Below, one piece after another: positions 56,390 to 64,000 of a DNA stretch of 64,000 bases. Below the pieces are notes generated by a model. It had not been told where the DNA came from and made no database searches. It saw only the letters and a program-made list of their open reading frames with translations. Origin of the DNA: a virus; IMG/VR virus record IMGVR_UViG_3300025880_000014, positions 2,458 to 66,457 of that record, one strand, 5' to 3'. The first letter of the stretch is position 1. Every line of letters begins with the position of its first letter. The position numbers and the translations under genes were made by a program.

Positions 56390-57154
56390 TTAGTCTAATG
56401 AGTTTTTCTCGTATACTATATCGAAAAGATCTCCTCCTCCGATTTCATATCCTGCGAAATTTGAATTCCAAAACAGTTCATCACCAGCTTCTAAATCTGC
56501 AACAGATTTGGCAGTGATACCTGCGTTGTTAGAGAAATATACATCTCCTGTTTTTTCTCCGTAAGTTTCAGTAACAGCTACACCGTTAATATAAACCTGT
56601 ACAGTTGAATCTGCGAAAGGAGTATAGTCTAATGTAATACCTGTTGCCGATTCATCTCCGTTAGATGCAAGAGGTGTTAAATCAGCCTGTGTGTATTCAG
56701 AACCCTGTGCTACCTGAGTTGGACCTAAACTTGGTCTCCATGGTAGAACTTGTGCTTTTGTTGCTGAAATCGCTTGTAAAACTGGATTGCTGTATGCATA
56801 CGCTGGATCAGAAGCATCTACAAACGCTGCGATAGAACCTGAATCAGATTCATCAACTACGTAAAAAGTACCTGGAGTTAAATTCCAAGTCGATACTTCA
56901 ATGTTACCAATTTGTACTGCAATAAAATTAGAATCATCAGTAGCTTCTTCAACTACTAATCTTCCCAATTTGTCGGCAGTTTTAGAATCTGCTAAAACCC
57001 AAGAACCGTTAAAGAATGCAATAACATTCCCTGCTGCAAAACCATGAGCAGCTTGTTCATAACTTGATTTTAAAGATCCTGATGCCAGTTGAGAATCGAT
57101 AGACTCTAACTTTGTCTGTAAGCCTTCGATTTGCTTAATTTTTAATTGTGACAT
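56390..57154 (-). CDS. Fibre-associated structural protein (254 aa)
   Basis: C-terminal domain paralogous to that of 61921-63147; heads the collagen operon. Confidence 0.55.
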   Translation of the reverse strand: MSQLKIKQIEGLQTKLESIDSQLASGSLKSSYEQAAHGFAAGNVIAFFNGSWVLADSKTADKLGRLVVEEATDDSNFIAVQIGNIEVSTWNLTPGTFYVVDESDSGSIAAFVDASDPAYAYSNPVLQAISATKAQVLPWRPSLGPTQVAQGSEYTQADLTPLASNGDESATGITLDYTPFADSTVQVYINGVAVTETYGEKTGDVYFSNNAGITAKSVADLEAGDELFWNSNFAGYEIGGGDLFDIVYEKNSLD

Positions 57155-57279
57155 AGATTTTTAATTTTTTTTATTTTTTTATAATTTAAAAGAGGCTTTT
57201 TAACCTAATTTATCAATTCTATATATCATGATTAAAGAGGCGTAATGTCTATATACCTCCATAATATGGTAATATAATT

Positions 57280-57882
57280 ATGATAATAATTATGATAAAT
57301 AGTATAATGAATAGTATTACTAAGAAGATAGTTAGAGATTACATATATTTTAGAGAAACATTAGATGACGTAAAATCTATTTCTAGTGATGCGGAAGGTA
57401 TGTTCAGAGACGCAATGCACGAGCATAACGAGGTTGCACTAACAGCTCTCACTCCACCGGAAGGAGCACCTCCTATTAAAAAAATTGATGAAGAACTTGT
57501 TGTAAAATTTGAAGACAAGCTCTTTAAAAAGCTTTTTAGAAAGATAGCGGTATTATGCCATCCAGATAAATTAGATGATTCCTACTCTGAAAGAGAAGCT
57601 GCATTTTTAAAAAAATGCTATGAAGATCTTAATACTTCTAACCAAACATATGATTGGGGATTGTTGTTAAAGGTTGCTATGGAACTGGATGTTGAAATTC
57701 CGGAATTGAGCGATGAGCAATTTATTAATATTAATAATAATATAGAATCTATTAAAAATACTATTAACCAGTTTGAAGGATCTATGGCTTATAAATGGTA
57801 TACCCTCTCTGACACTGATGCCAAGAAAGGGTATTTAGAAAGCTGTGCTTCTATATTTATGAATAGTTTAAAGAATCGTTAA
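57280..57882 (+). CDS. Divergent J-domain protein (internal HPD motif)
   Basis: KKLFRKIAVLCHPDKL...FLKKCYEDLN; only substantial plus-strand gene; start may be M6 or M10. Confidence 0.65.
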   Translation: MIIIMINSIMNSITKKIVRDYIYFRETLDDVKSISSDAEGMFRDAMHEHNEVALTALTPPEGAPPIKKIDEELVVKFEDKLFKKLFRKIAVLCHPDKLDDSYSEREAAFLKKCYEDLNTSNQTYDWGLLLKVAMELDVEIPELSDEQFININNNIESIKNTINQFEGSMAYKWYTLSDTDAKKGYLESCASIFMNSLKNR

Positions 57883-58661
57883 ACGTCCCACTTATCAGTT
57901 AGATGGCATCTTACATAAACAGGTGCCTGATACGCAATACCATTAGGATATTCTGATTGCAATCTCGTATAAAAGTCTACATCTTCTGACGTGTCTTTAG
58001 AGATAACATCTCTCCATTTTGTTGATAAATTAGCTTTGTGCATAAATAACCAGGGTGCCATTATCTGTCTGCCTGGTTTTATTTGAATTGGCTTCCATGC
58101 CTCTGGTAAACCTTCTATCTGAATTGCCGGTGTTTCTGAAGGATCTAATATAGCATTCCCATTAGTTAGCTCAGTTGAAACGGACTCATGATCAAACCAT
58201 GAGGTATTTATCCACCAATCTTTTTCTGGGTTTGCGTTAAAATATAAAAGAGATGTCATCGTTGCATTTGGCATTAAAAAATCATCTGAATCCATATACA
58301 TTACAACGTGGCCGGTTGCTGCAGCTGCACCTAGTCTTCTACCGAATCCTCTATAATATCTTCCTTTATCTTCTATTTCCTCGTACATTTGAGGAGTATC
58401 TGTTCTATCGAAATATATTAGTTTTATATTTGGTGTGTTCTTGTGTGATCTATTAAATAGTTGATGTGTTTTATTACACCCATCTGCTACTATAATAAGT
58501 TCGCAGTTTTTATATGTTTGGTTTTGAAAACTTTCGACTGCCCTGTGAAATTTACCAATAGGATCTTTTCTTGAATTTTCGTAGTTTTCTAGGTTTACTT
58601 GCATCACTATAGATATTTTTATCTTGTTTAGTGATTCGAATATTTCTTTAAAATTGCTCAT
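57879..58661 (-). CDS. GT-A (GT2-like) glycosyltransferase
   Basis: RAVESFQNQTYKNCELIIVADG, VVMYMDSDD, SEDVDF. Confidence 0.85.
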   Translation of the reverse strand: MSNFKEIFESLNKIKISIVMQVNLENYENSRKDPIGKFHRAVESFQNQTYKNCELIIVADGCNKTHQLFNRSHKNTPNIKLIYFDRTDTPQMYEEIEDKGRYYRGFGRRLGAAAATGHVVMYMDSDDFLMPNATMTSLLYFNANPEKDWWINTSWFDHESVSTELTNGNAILDPSETPAIQIEGLPEAWKPIQIKPGRQIMAPWLFMHKANLSTKWRDVISKDTSEDVDFYTRLQSEYPNGIAYQAPVYVRCHLTDKWDV

Positions 58662-59857
58662 TATTTATATAGGTTTGTTTTCCAATTATATTCATAAGAT
58701 AATTCATGTGTTCCTGGTTTAAATAAATTATCTATTAACTTTTTATATGTATCTACGAGATCTACGTTAGTTGACAAATAACGGTCTAATACTTTTTTAC
58801 TGTTTTCATTATATTGATCTAGATTATTGTCATGTTCCTCAAGTGCCAATTTTAATTGATCGGCTCCTTGTGATATATTAAATCCTTCATAATAATATCC
58901 TGCATCCTTTATCATGTCTGCGTTGTGCACTATAGGGTACCCGAAATAGAGTGCGTCTAGGTATGCATAGTTTAATGGGTTTTCCCATTGGTGTGATAAG
59001 ACTATGTCTGTTTCACTTGCTAAGAACGTCGATACTGGGTACCTTCCAACATACTTTATTTTGTTATCTGGAGAGTTAACTATGTCGAAATTCTTAATCA
59101 TCGCTAAATAGTATTTATTCTTTAGTAATTTCTTGCCAGATCCTATGTATATTTGTTTAAACGCGTTTTTACCAGATTCTCTAAAAACTCTTTCAGCAAT
59201 CATGATAGTCATCAATGAATATTTAACAACATTTATATTTGGTTCCATTACAGATAGCTTTTTATCTTTAGCATCCTTTGGAATATATCCCGGAATCAAT
59301 TTGCCGGCACGTTTTAGTAATTTATTAAATTCATCAAGCGGCTCAGGGTCCCATATGAAAGGAACTGTTTTTATCTGAGAATCCTCTTGTCTGTATATTG
59401 TTTTAAAGTATTCTAGGTTTTGATATTCCTGTTGAGGTATTACCCATGTTTCGTCGTGGCCTCCGTCCCATGAAGGAACCATTGACTCGGTAATTGTATC
59501 AAACATTACTCGTTCCATGTCAACTACATAACTATTTCCACATTGGTATTTTACTACTTTTAAATTTGGATTTTTGCTTTTCATTAAAGATATCCTACTT
59601 GTAGGCAAAGAAGCACCTACCATAAACATTAAGTCTATCTCATTCTCCATCGCTGTGAATTTTGCGATTTTATATTTATTATAATCCCAGTTTACTTTAG
59701 TTAAATCAGAAACATTCTTAGCTGCGTCTAAAATATAAACATCAAGTCCTTCTATTTGGTTTAACATTTTAGATAGGTTCAGCGCATTTAATTTAATGCC
59801 GTTGATCCACATGCTTTCATATTCCTTTGTTAGAGATATTATAATTCCTACTTTCAT
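58661..59857 (-). CDS. DUF2827-like protein (predicted GT-B glycosyltransferase)
   Basis: WINGI..NA, VPFIWDP, VMEPNINVVK, VLSHQWENPLNYAYLDALYFGYPIVHN. Confidence 0.65.
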   Translation of the reverse strand: MKVGIIISLTKEYESMWINGIKLNALNLSKMLNQIEGLDVYILDAAKNVSDLTKVNWDYNKYKIAKFTAMENEIDLMFMVGASLPTSRISLMKSKNPNLKVVKYQCGNSYVVDMERVMFDTITESMVPSWDGGHDETWVIPQQEYQNLEYFKTIYRQEDSQIKTVPFIWDPEPLDEFNKLLKRAGKLIPGYIPKDAKDKKLSVMEPNINVVKYSLMTIMIAERVFRESGKNAFKQIYIGSGKKLLKNKYYLAMIKNFDIVNSPDNKIKYVGRYPVSTFLASETDIVLSHQWENPLNYAYLDALYFGYPIVHNADMIKDAGYYYEGFNISQGADQLKLALEEHDNNLDQYNENSKKVLDRYLSTNVDLVDTYKKLIDNLFKPGTHELSYEYNWKTNLYK

Positions 59858-59889
59858 AAATTATACTTTATTTATTATATCTATATATT

Positions 59890-59922
59890 TAAAAAAGAAA
59901 GGGTCCCCGTTAGAGGACCCTT
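59890..59922 (-). terminator. Intrinsic terminator after the coiled-coil fibre gene
   Basis: AAGGGUCCUC-UAAC-GGGGACCCUU followed by UCUUUUUUU. Confidence 0.85.
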
Positions 59923-59962
59923 AATTTAAAAACTATGAATTAATACTTTCGTATTTTTCTTC

Positions 59963-61735
59963 TTAGTGTTGGTAAACGAATACTACTTCGTCTTGTGCAT
60001 CAATCACATAACCTGGGTTAGCTAAAGTAACTTGTGGTCCTGCAACTGTTTGAACAAATACTCTGTGCCCGTTAACGAATACATCTACTAAAGATGCTTG
60101 GTCTTCCTGTACAGGGTTTGCTAAAGTATAAACGAATCCAGCTCCTGGGAATGTTTCAGTAGCCATTTGATCATCTTCGATGATAGCAGCTTCTAATACA
60201 TCTAATCTACCGTCTTGAACTGATTGCTCAGCGTTAGTAGAAGCGATTTCAGCAGCTAGTGCAGAATCAATTCTTGTAACGTCAGCGTTAGTAGCAGCGA
60301 TTTCAGCGTTTAACTGAGCTTGTAAGTCAGCATCGGCGTCTCCTCTTAATTGAGCCTCAGCAGCCATTTCAGCGTCATGCTTAGCTTCTAATGAAGTAAA
60401 GTCTGCGTTAGTAGCAGCGATTTCAGCAGTTAATGCAGCTTCTACACCAGATACTCTAGTATCGATTGAAGTGAATTCTGCAGTGATAGCTCCTTCTAAA
60501 GAAATAACATCAGAATTAGTAGCAGTGATTTCAGCTTGTAAAGCATTATCGATTCTAGTAACATCAGAGTTAGTAGCAGCGATTTCAGCAGATAAAGCAG
60601 AATTGATACTAGTGATATCAGAATCAGTAGCAGCGATTTCAGCGTTTAAGTTAGAAATTACTACAGCTAAAGCGTCATCATTTACAGTATCAACAGCGTT
60701 GATTAAAGAAACAACCTCAACGAATGTATCTTTGTCAGCGTCAGCAGCTAATAAGATTGCGTCGATTCTTGCGTTTTCTGCATCAATGTTAGCTTGTAAC
60801 GTTGAGTCAGCAGCAGCATAAGCAGCTTCAACTCTTACGAAGTCAGAATTAGTAGATGCAATTTCTGCAGCTAATTCTCCTTCAACTCTTGTAAAGTCAG
60901 AGTTTGTAGCAGCGATTTCAGCTTGTAAAGCAGAATCAATACTTGTAACGTCTCCATTAGTAGCTAAAATTTCTGCAGCTAAAGCAACTTCTAAAGAATC
61001 AACTGAATCAACTAAGTCTCCAGATACTGCACCTAATCTTAAGTCAATAGAAGTAACATCAGAATTAGTAGATGCGATTTCATTGTCTAAAGCAGATTGT
61101 AAAGCAGTGTCAGCTAGTGCTCTTGCTGATTCCTCAGCAGCCATTTCAGCGTCATGCTTAGCCTCTAATGAAGTGAAGTCAGAGTTAGTAGCTGCAATCT
61201 CTGCAGATAATTCTCCTTCAACTCTTGTAAAGTCAGAGTTTGTTGCAGCGATCTCTTGAGAGATTGCTAAGTTAATGCTTGTGAAATCTGCGTTAGTTGC
61301 AGAGATCTCATTGTTTAAGTCAACGATTACCGCTCCTAAAGCGTTATCATTTTCTAAATCAACAGCATTGATTAAAGAAACAACCTCAACGAATGTATCT
61401 TTATCAGCATCAGCTGCTAATAAGATTGCGTCGATTCTTGCATTTTCTGCATCAATGTTAGCTTGTAACGTTGATTCAGCGCCTGTCGCTCTAGTTTGTT
61501 CAGCAGATAAATCTCCTTCTAATCTAGTAACGTCTGCGTTTGTAGCTGATACTTCACCAGCTAAAGCAACTTCTAAAGAGTCAATTGATGCGTCTAATTC
61601 AGTTTGAGCTGCAACGATCTCATCACCAACGTACTTTGCGATGTCAGATGTGTTTGCAATCTCAAAAGAAGATGTAGCTGCCCAGTTTACTGTGCTTAAG
61701 AAATCCTTAATTTGTTTTGAACGAATTTGTGCCAT
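59963..61735 (-). CDS. Acidic coiled-coil fibre/whisker protein (590 aa) with 18-residue repeats
   Basis: About 14 xEIxxTNxD repeats; duplicated DADKDTFVEVVSLINAVD segment; strong codon bias; own promoter motif and terminator. Confidence 0.7.
   Translation of the reverse strand: MAQIRSKQIKDFLSTVNWAATSSFEIANTSDIAKYVGDEIVAAQTELDASIDSLEVALAGEVSATNADVTRLEGDLSAEQTRATGAESTLQANIDAENARIDAILLAADADKDTFVEVVSLINAVDLENDNALGAVIVDLNNEISATNADFTSINLAISQEIAATNSDFTRVEGELSAEIAATNSDFTSLEAKHDAEMAAEESARALADTALQSALDNEIASTNSDVTSIDLRLGAVSGDLVDSVDSLEVALAAEILATNGDVTSIDSALQAEIAATNSDFTRVEGELAAEIASTNSDFVRVEAAYAAADSTLQANIDAENARIDAILLAADADKDTFVEVVSLINAVDTVNDDALAVVISNLNAEIAATDSDITSINSALSAEIAATNSDVTRIDNALQAEITATNSDVISLEGAITAEFTSIDTRVSGVEAALTAEIAATNADFTSLEAKHDAEMAAEAQLRGDADADLQAQLNAEIAATNADVTRIDSALAAEIASTNAEQSVQDGRLDVLEAAIIEDDQMATETFPGAGFVYTLANPVQEDQASLVDVFVNGHRVFVQTVAGPQVTLANPGYVIDAQDEVVFVYQH
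60690..61480. repeat. About 120-bp dispersed direct repeat (60690-60811 and 61359-61480; offset 669 bp)
   Basis: Encodes STLQANIDAENARIDAILLAADADKDTFVEVVSLINAVD twice. Confidence 0.85.
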
Positions 61736-61920
61736 ATTATTTATTATATTATATTTTGGCCTAACAACATTATTATCGTTAGTGATTTATATATTCAAGT
61801 GAAACGATATACTTTGTCATTTTTTGACGTAATATGTTAATAGAATTTAGAAAATTGGGTTTTTCCCATTTTCCCTATTAAAGATAAGGTATACGTGTGC
61901 GCGGATGAATTATTATATTA

Positions 61921-63147
61921 TTATCTTAGATCGTCAGATTTTGCTTCGTAGATTAAATTAATCTCATCTCCTATTTCTAAGTCGTATCCTGCAATCTCTC
62001 CATTCCAATATAATTGATCTCCTGATCTAATCTCTTCAACACTTGCAGCCGCTAATCCGTTATTACCTGAAAAGTATGCATCTTTATCTTTGGCTCCATC
62101 ACCAACCTCAACACTAAGTCCATTTACTTCAACCATAACATAAGAATCTTGATATGGTGAATGTGTTATTAGTATTCCTGTTGCAGAATGATTTCCTACA
62201 GATGCTGATGGGTTTATATTCTTATCAACGTAAGTTAATATACCGTCTGGTAATACTGAAGCCGATGTAATTCCATGTGCATCCATGCTATATGATATTG
62301 ATTGACCAACTTGCCACGTGCTTTGAGTTACGCCTGGCCCGGTTGAAGCCATTTCCAGTGATACGTTTATTTTTACTCCATCTAAATTATCTGCGTCTCC
62401 ACCGCCTACGTTAAGATCTAATCTCTCCCATGATTCTACTCGATAGATTGCATACATATTAGTTTCTGCAATATCATTTATAGTAATGATACCATTAATA
62501 TTATCACCTGATATTCTTTTAGTTAAAAAGTTTTCTAATCCAGATATTCTTATTCCATTTTTATCTAGATTTCTAAATATAATGGAATCTACTAGAGCAG
62601 GATCTTGTGAACTCATAGATACCATTCCACGATCTGATGGATCTGATCCATCAACATATTCTATTTGGAATTCTGCTTCAATTGGACCTCTTTCGATAAT
62701 TGTAGTAGTTCCAGTTGGCGTTTCTTCTGTTCCATTATCTACATTAGGATTATTTATAACCTCACCTATTAAAATTCTTGGGAATACATAGTTTTTAGGC
62801 TGTGGATAATAGTTCTCGTAATATACACTTACCTGTGCAAAAAGTTGACCAGGCGACATGTGTGTTGAGTTAGCTTCGTTAATTTCAAAAGTAAGTTTAC
62901 CTGTATCATTTGTTAAATCAACGTCTAAATCAACTGAAACACCTGATATTGAAGGTCTTGAGAATTGTAAAGCTTTTTTATCTTCAACAAATATCGCAAC
63001 ATTAAATGATGTTGGTTGATTTAAGTTTAATATTGAACCTATATAATCCTTATACAGTATAATTTCGTATGTTTGAGAATTACCTTGAATGAAGTTTGAT
63101 TCACCGTCAATAAATGCTATTATGTCGTCCTTTGCTACGTAAGCCAT
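61921..63147 (-). CDS. Structural protein (408 aa), C-terminal domain paralogous to 56390-57154
   Basis: SATGILITHSPYQDSYVMVEVNG...YFS...GDQLYWNGEIAGYDL...LIYE. Confidence 0.55.
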   Translation of the reverse strand: MAYVAKDDIIAFIDGESNFIQGNSQTYEIILYKDYIGSILNLNQPTSFNVAIFVEDKKALQFSRPSISGVSVDLDVDLTNDTGKLTFEINEANSTHMSPGQLFAQVSVYYENYYPQPKNYVFPRILIGEVINNPNVDNGTEETPTGTTTIIERGPIEAEFQIEYVDGSDPSDRGMVSMSSQDPALVDSIIFRNLDKNGIRISGLENFLTKRISGDNINGIITINDIAETNMYAIYRVESWERLDLNVGGGDADNLDGVKINVSLEMASTGPGVTQSTWQVGQSISYSMDAHGITSASVLPDGILTYVDKNINPSASVGNHSATGILITHSPYQDSYVMVEVNGLSVEVGDGAKDKDAYFSGNNGLAAASVEEIRSGDQLYWNGEIAGYDLEIGDEINLIYEAKSDDLR

Positions 63148-63189
63148 TTCTGTTAAATATTTTTTATATATATTCGTGTAAATTTAACT

Positions 63190-63876
63190 CTATTTTGTTA
63201 ATTTACTATATAGTGAGTATCTGACAACTGGCAATATACATCCTTCTAAGTCATCATTTAATTTGTAATCTACCCTCCAGAATCTACTTTCGTCAGATTT
63301 TAATTTTGACTCAGCAACATACTCTACCATTTCTTCGACTCCGTTTAATTTAACATCTACCTCTTTTAATTGCATATCCCTCCATTCCCCTATTAATCTA
63401 TATGGATTAATATAAGAATAAGTTAATATATTATTATGGTTTTTGTTTATTAAGAAAACTTCTCCCTTTGTTTTCGTAGGCATTTTATATGGAATCTCTG
63501 TAATTAGCAACTTAGACATCATAGATCTCCATTTAACTCGAATCATTCTAAATAAAGATTCAAATTCTTCAATTGCTATTTCAACTAAATTGTATATGTG
63601 GAAGATTTCATCCTGCTCGTCGGGATATTCGTAATCAAGAGACATTGTATCTAGATTGATTCCTTTAAGAACCTTTAACCTATCGTCTATTTCGTTCTTT
63701 TGGTTTTTAAGTATGTATAGATCTTCTAGCTGATATTCAACCTCAATAAGAGCCTCGTGTAGAAATCCGGCTTTGATAATTGATTTTATTTTTTGAGTTG
63801 CCCCTAAAAGTTTATATCTTTTTAATTCAAAGTCGAATGGTAATTCAGTTAGCCAATTTTTTTCTAATACGTTCAT
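63190..63876 (-). CDS. Hypothetical protein (228 aa)
   Basis: ORF track. Confidence 0.6.
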   Translation of the reverse strand: MNVLEKNWLTELPFDFELKRYKLLGATQKIKSIIKAGFLHEALIEVEYQLEDLYILKNQKNEIDDRLKVLKGINLDTMSLDYEYPDEQDEIFHIYNLVEIAIEEFESLFRMIRVKWRSMMSKLLITEIPYKMPTKTKGEVFLINKNHNNILTYSYINPYRLIGEWRDMQLKEVDVKLNGVEEMVEYVAESKLKSDESRFWRVDYKLNDDLEGCILPVVRYSLYSKLTK

Positions 63877-63927
63877 GAATATATTTATTCATCTTTATTC
63901 TGTATCTTTATAAAAATTGGATTTATA

Positions 63928-63999
63928 TTATAAAGTTTTTTTGTTGAAGTTTTTTTGTTGCTGTAGATTATCTTTATTAGGTTTTCCTGTATCTAGAGT
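63928..63999 (-). CDS. Possible 3' end of a gene entering from beyond the window (...TLDTGKPNKDNLQQQKNFNKKTL*)
   Basis: 23 open codons ending in TAA; too short to be sure. Confidence 0.3.
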   Translation of the reverse strand, partial: TLDTGKPNKDNLQQQKNFNKKTL

Positions 64000-64000
64000 A

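Noticed and set aside
58620-58661. GT2 N-terminus MSNFKEIFESLNK as a seventh capsid-targeting leader
   Set aside because: Only a partial match (lacks the K-x-F-E-x-F spacing) and outside the cluster; not enough to call.
1-64000. Stop-codon reassignment (alternative genetic code), seen in some large phages
   Set aside because: Genes are full-length and densely packed under code 11, and TAA, TAG and TGA all end genes next to the following start.
1-64000. tRNA or rRNA genes, introns, inteins, transposases, DGR
   Set aside because: Intergenic gaps are short and accounted for by promoters and terminators. I saw no cloverleaf, homing endonuclease, intein, transposase or reverse transcriptase motif. 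Manual scan only.

Overview
This 64 kb window is from an AT-rich, T4-like jumbo myovirus, almost certainly infecting Bacteroidota: it has Bacteroidota-type bS1 and bS21 genes, A-rich leaders without Shine-Dalgarno (SD) sites, and TAnnTTT(A/G)-type promoters. All but one of the credible genes are on the minus strand. Layout: 1-27.3 kb virion, baseplate and neck module (with an amidoligase and ribosomal protein bS1 embedded); 27.3-40.8 kb accessory genes (dCMP deaminase, six proteins sharing a T4-like capsid-targeting leader including an ATP-grasp ligase and a GNAT, UvsE, RNase HII, PhoH, bS21, DnaJ, a DEDD exonuclease); 40.8-63.1 kb a fibre-biogenesis island with four collagen-like genes (about 12 kb), other fibre proteins, two 2OG-Fe(II) oxygenases, three predicted glycosyltransferases and a J-domain protein. 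The strongest novel signal came from parsing three adjacent collagen chains triplet by triplet. They have the same rod length (276-278 Gly-X-Y equivalents), interruptions at the same positions on a 7-triplet lattice, and each carries its own recent 14-triplet tandem duplication at the same position. This points to a register-locked heterotrimeric (ABC) phage collagen, possibly curved, and possibly hydroxylated and glycosylated by the flanking enzymes. All family assignments come from motif recognition by eye; no database searches were run.
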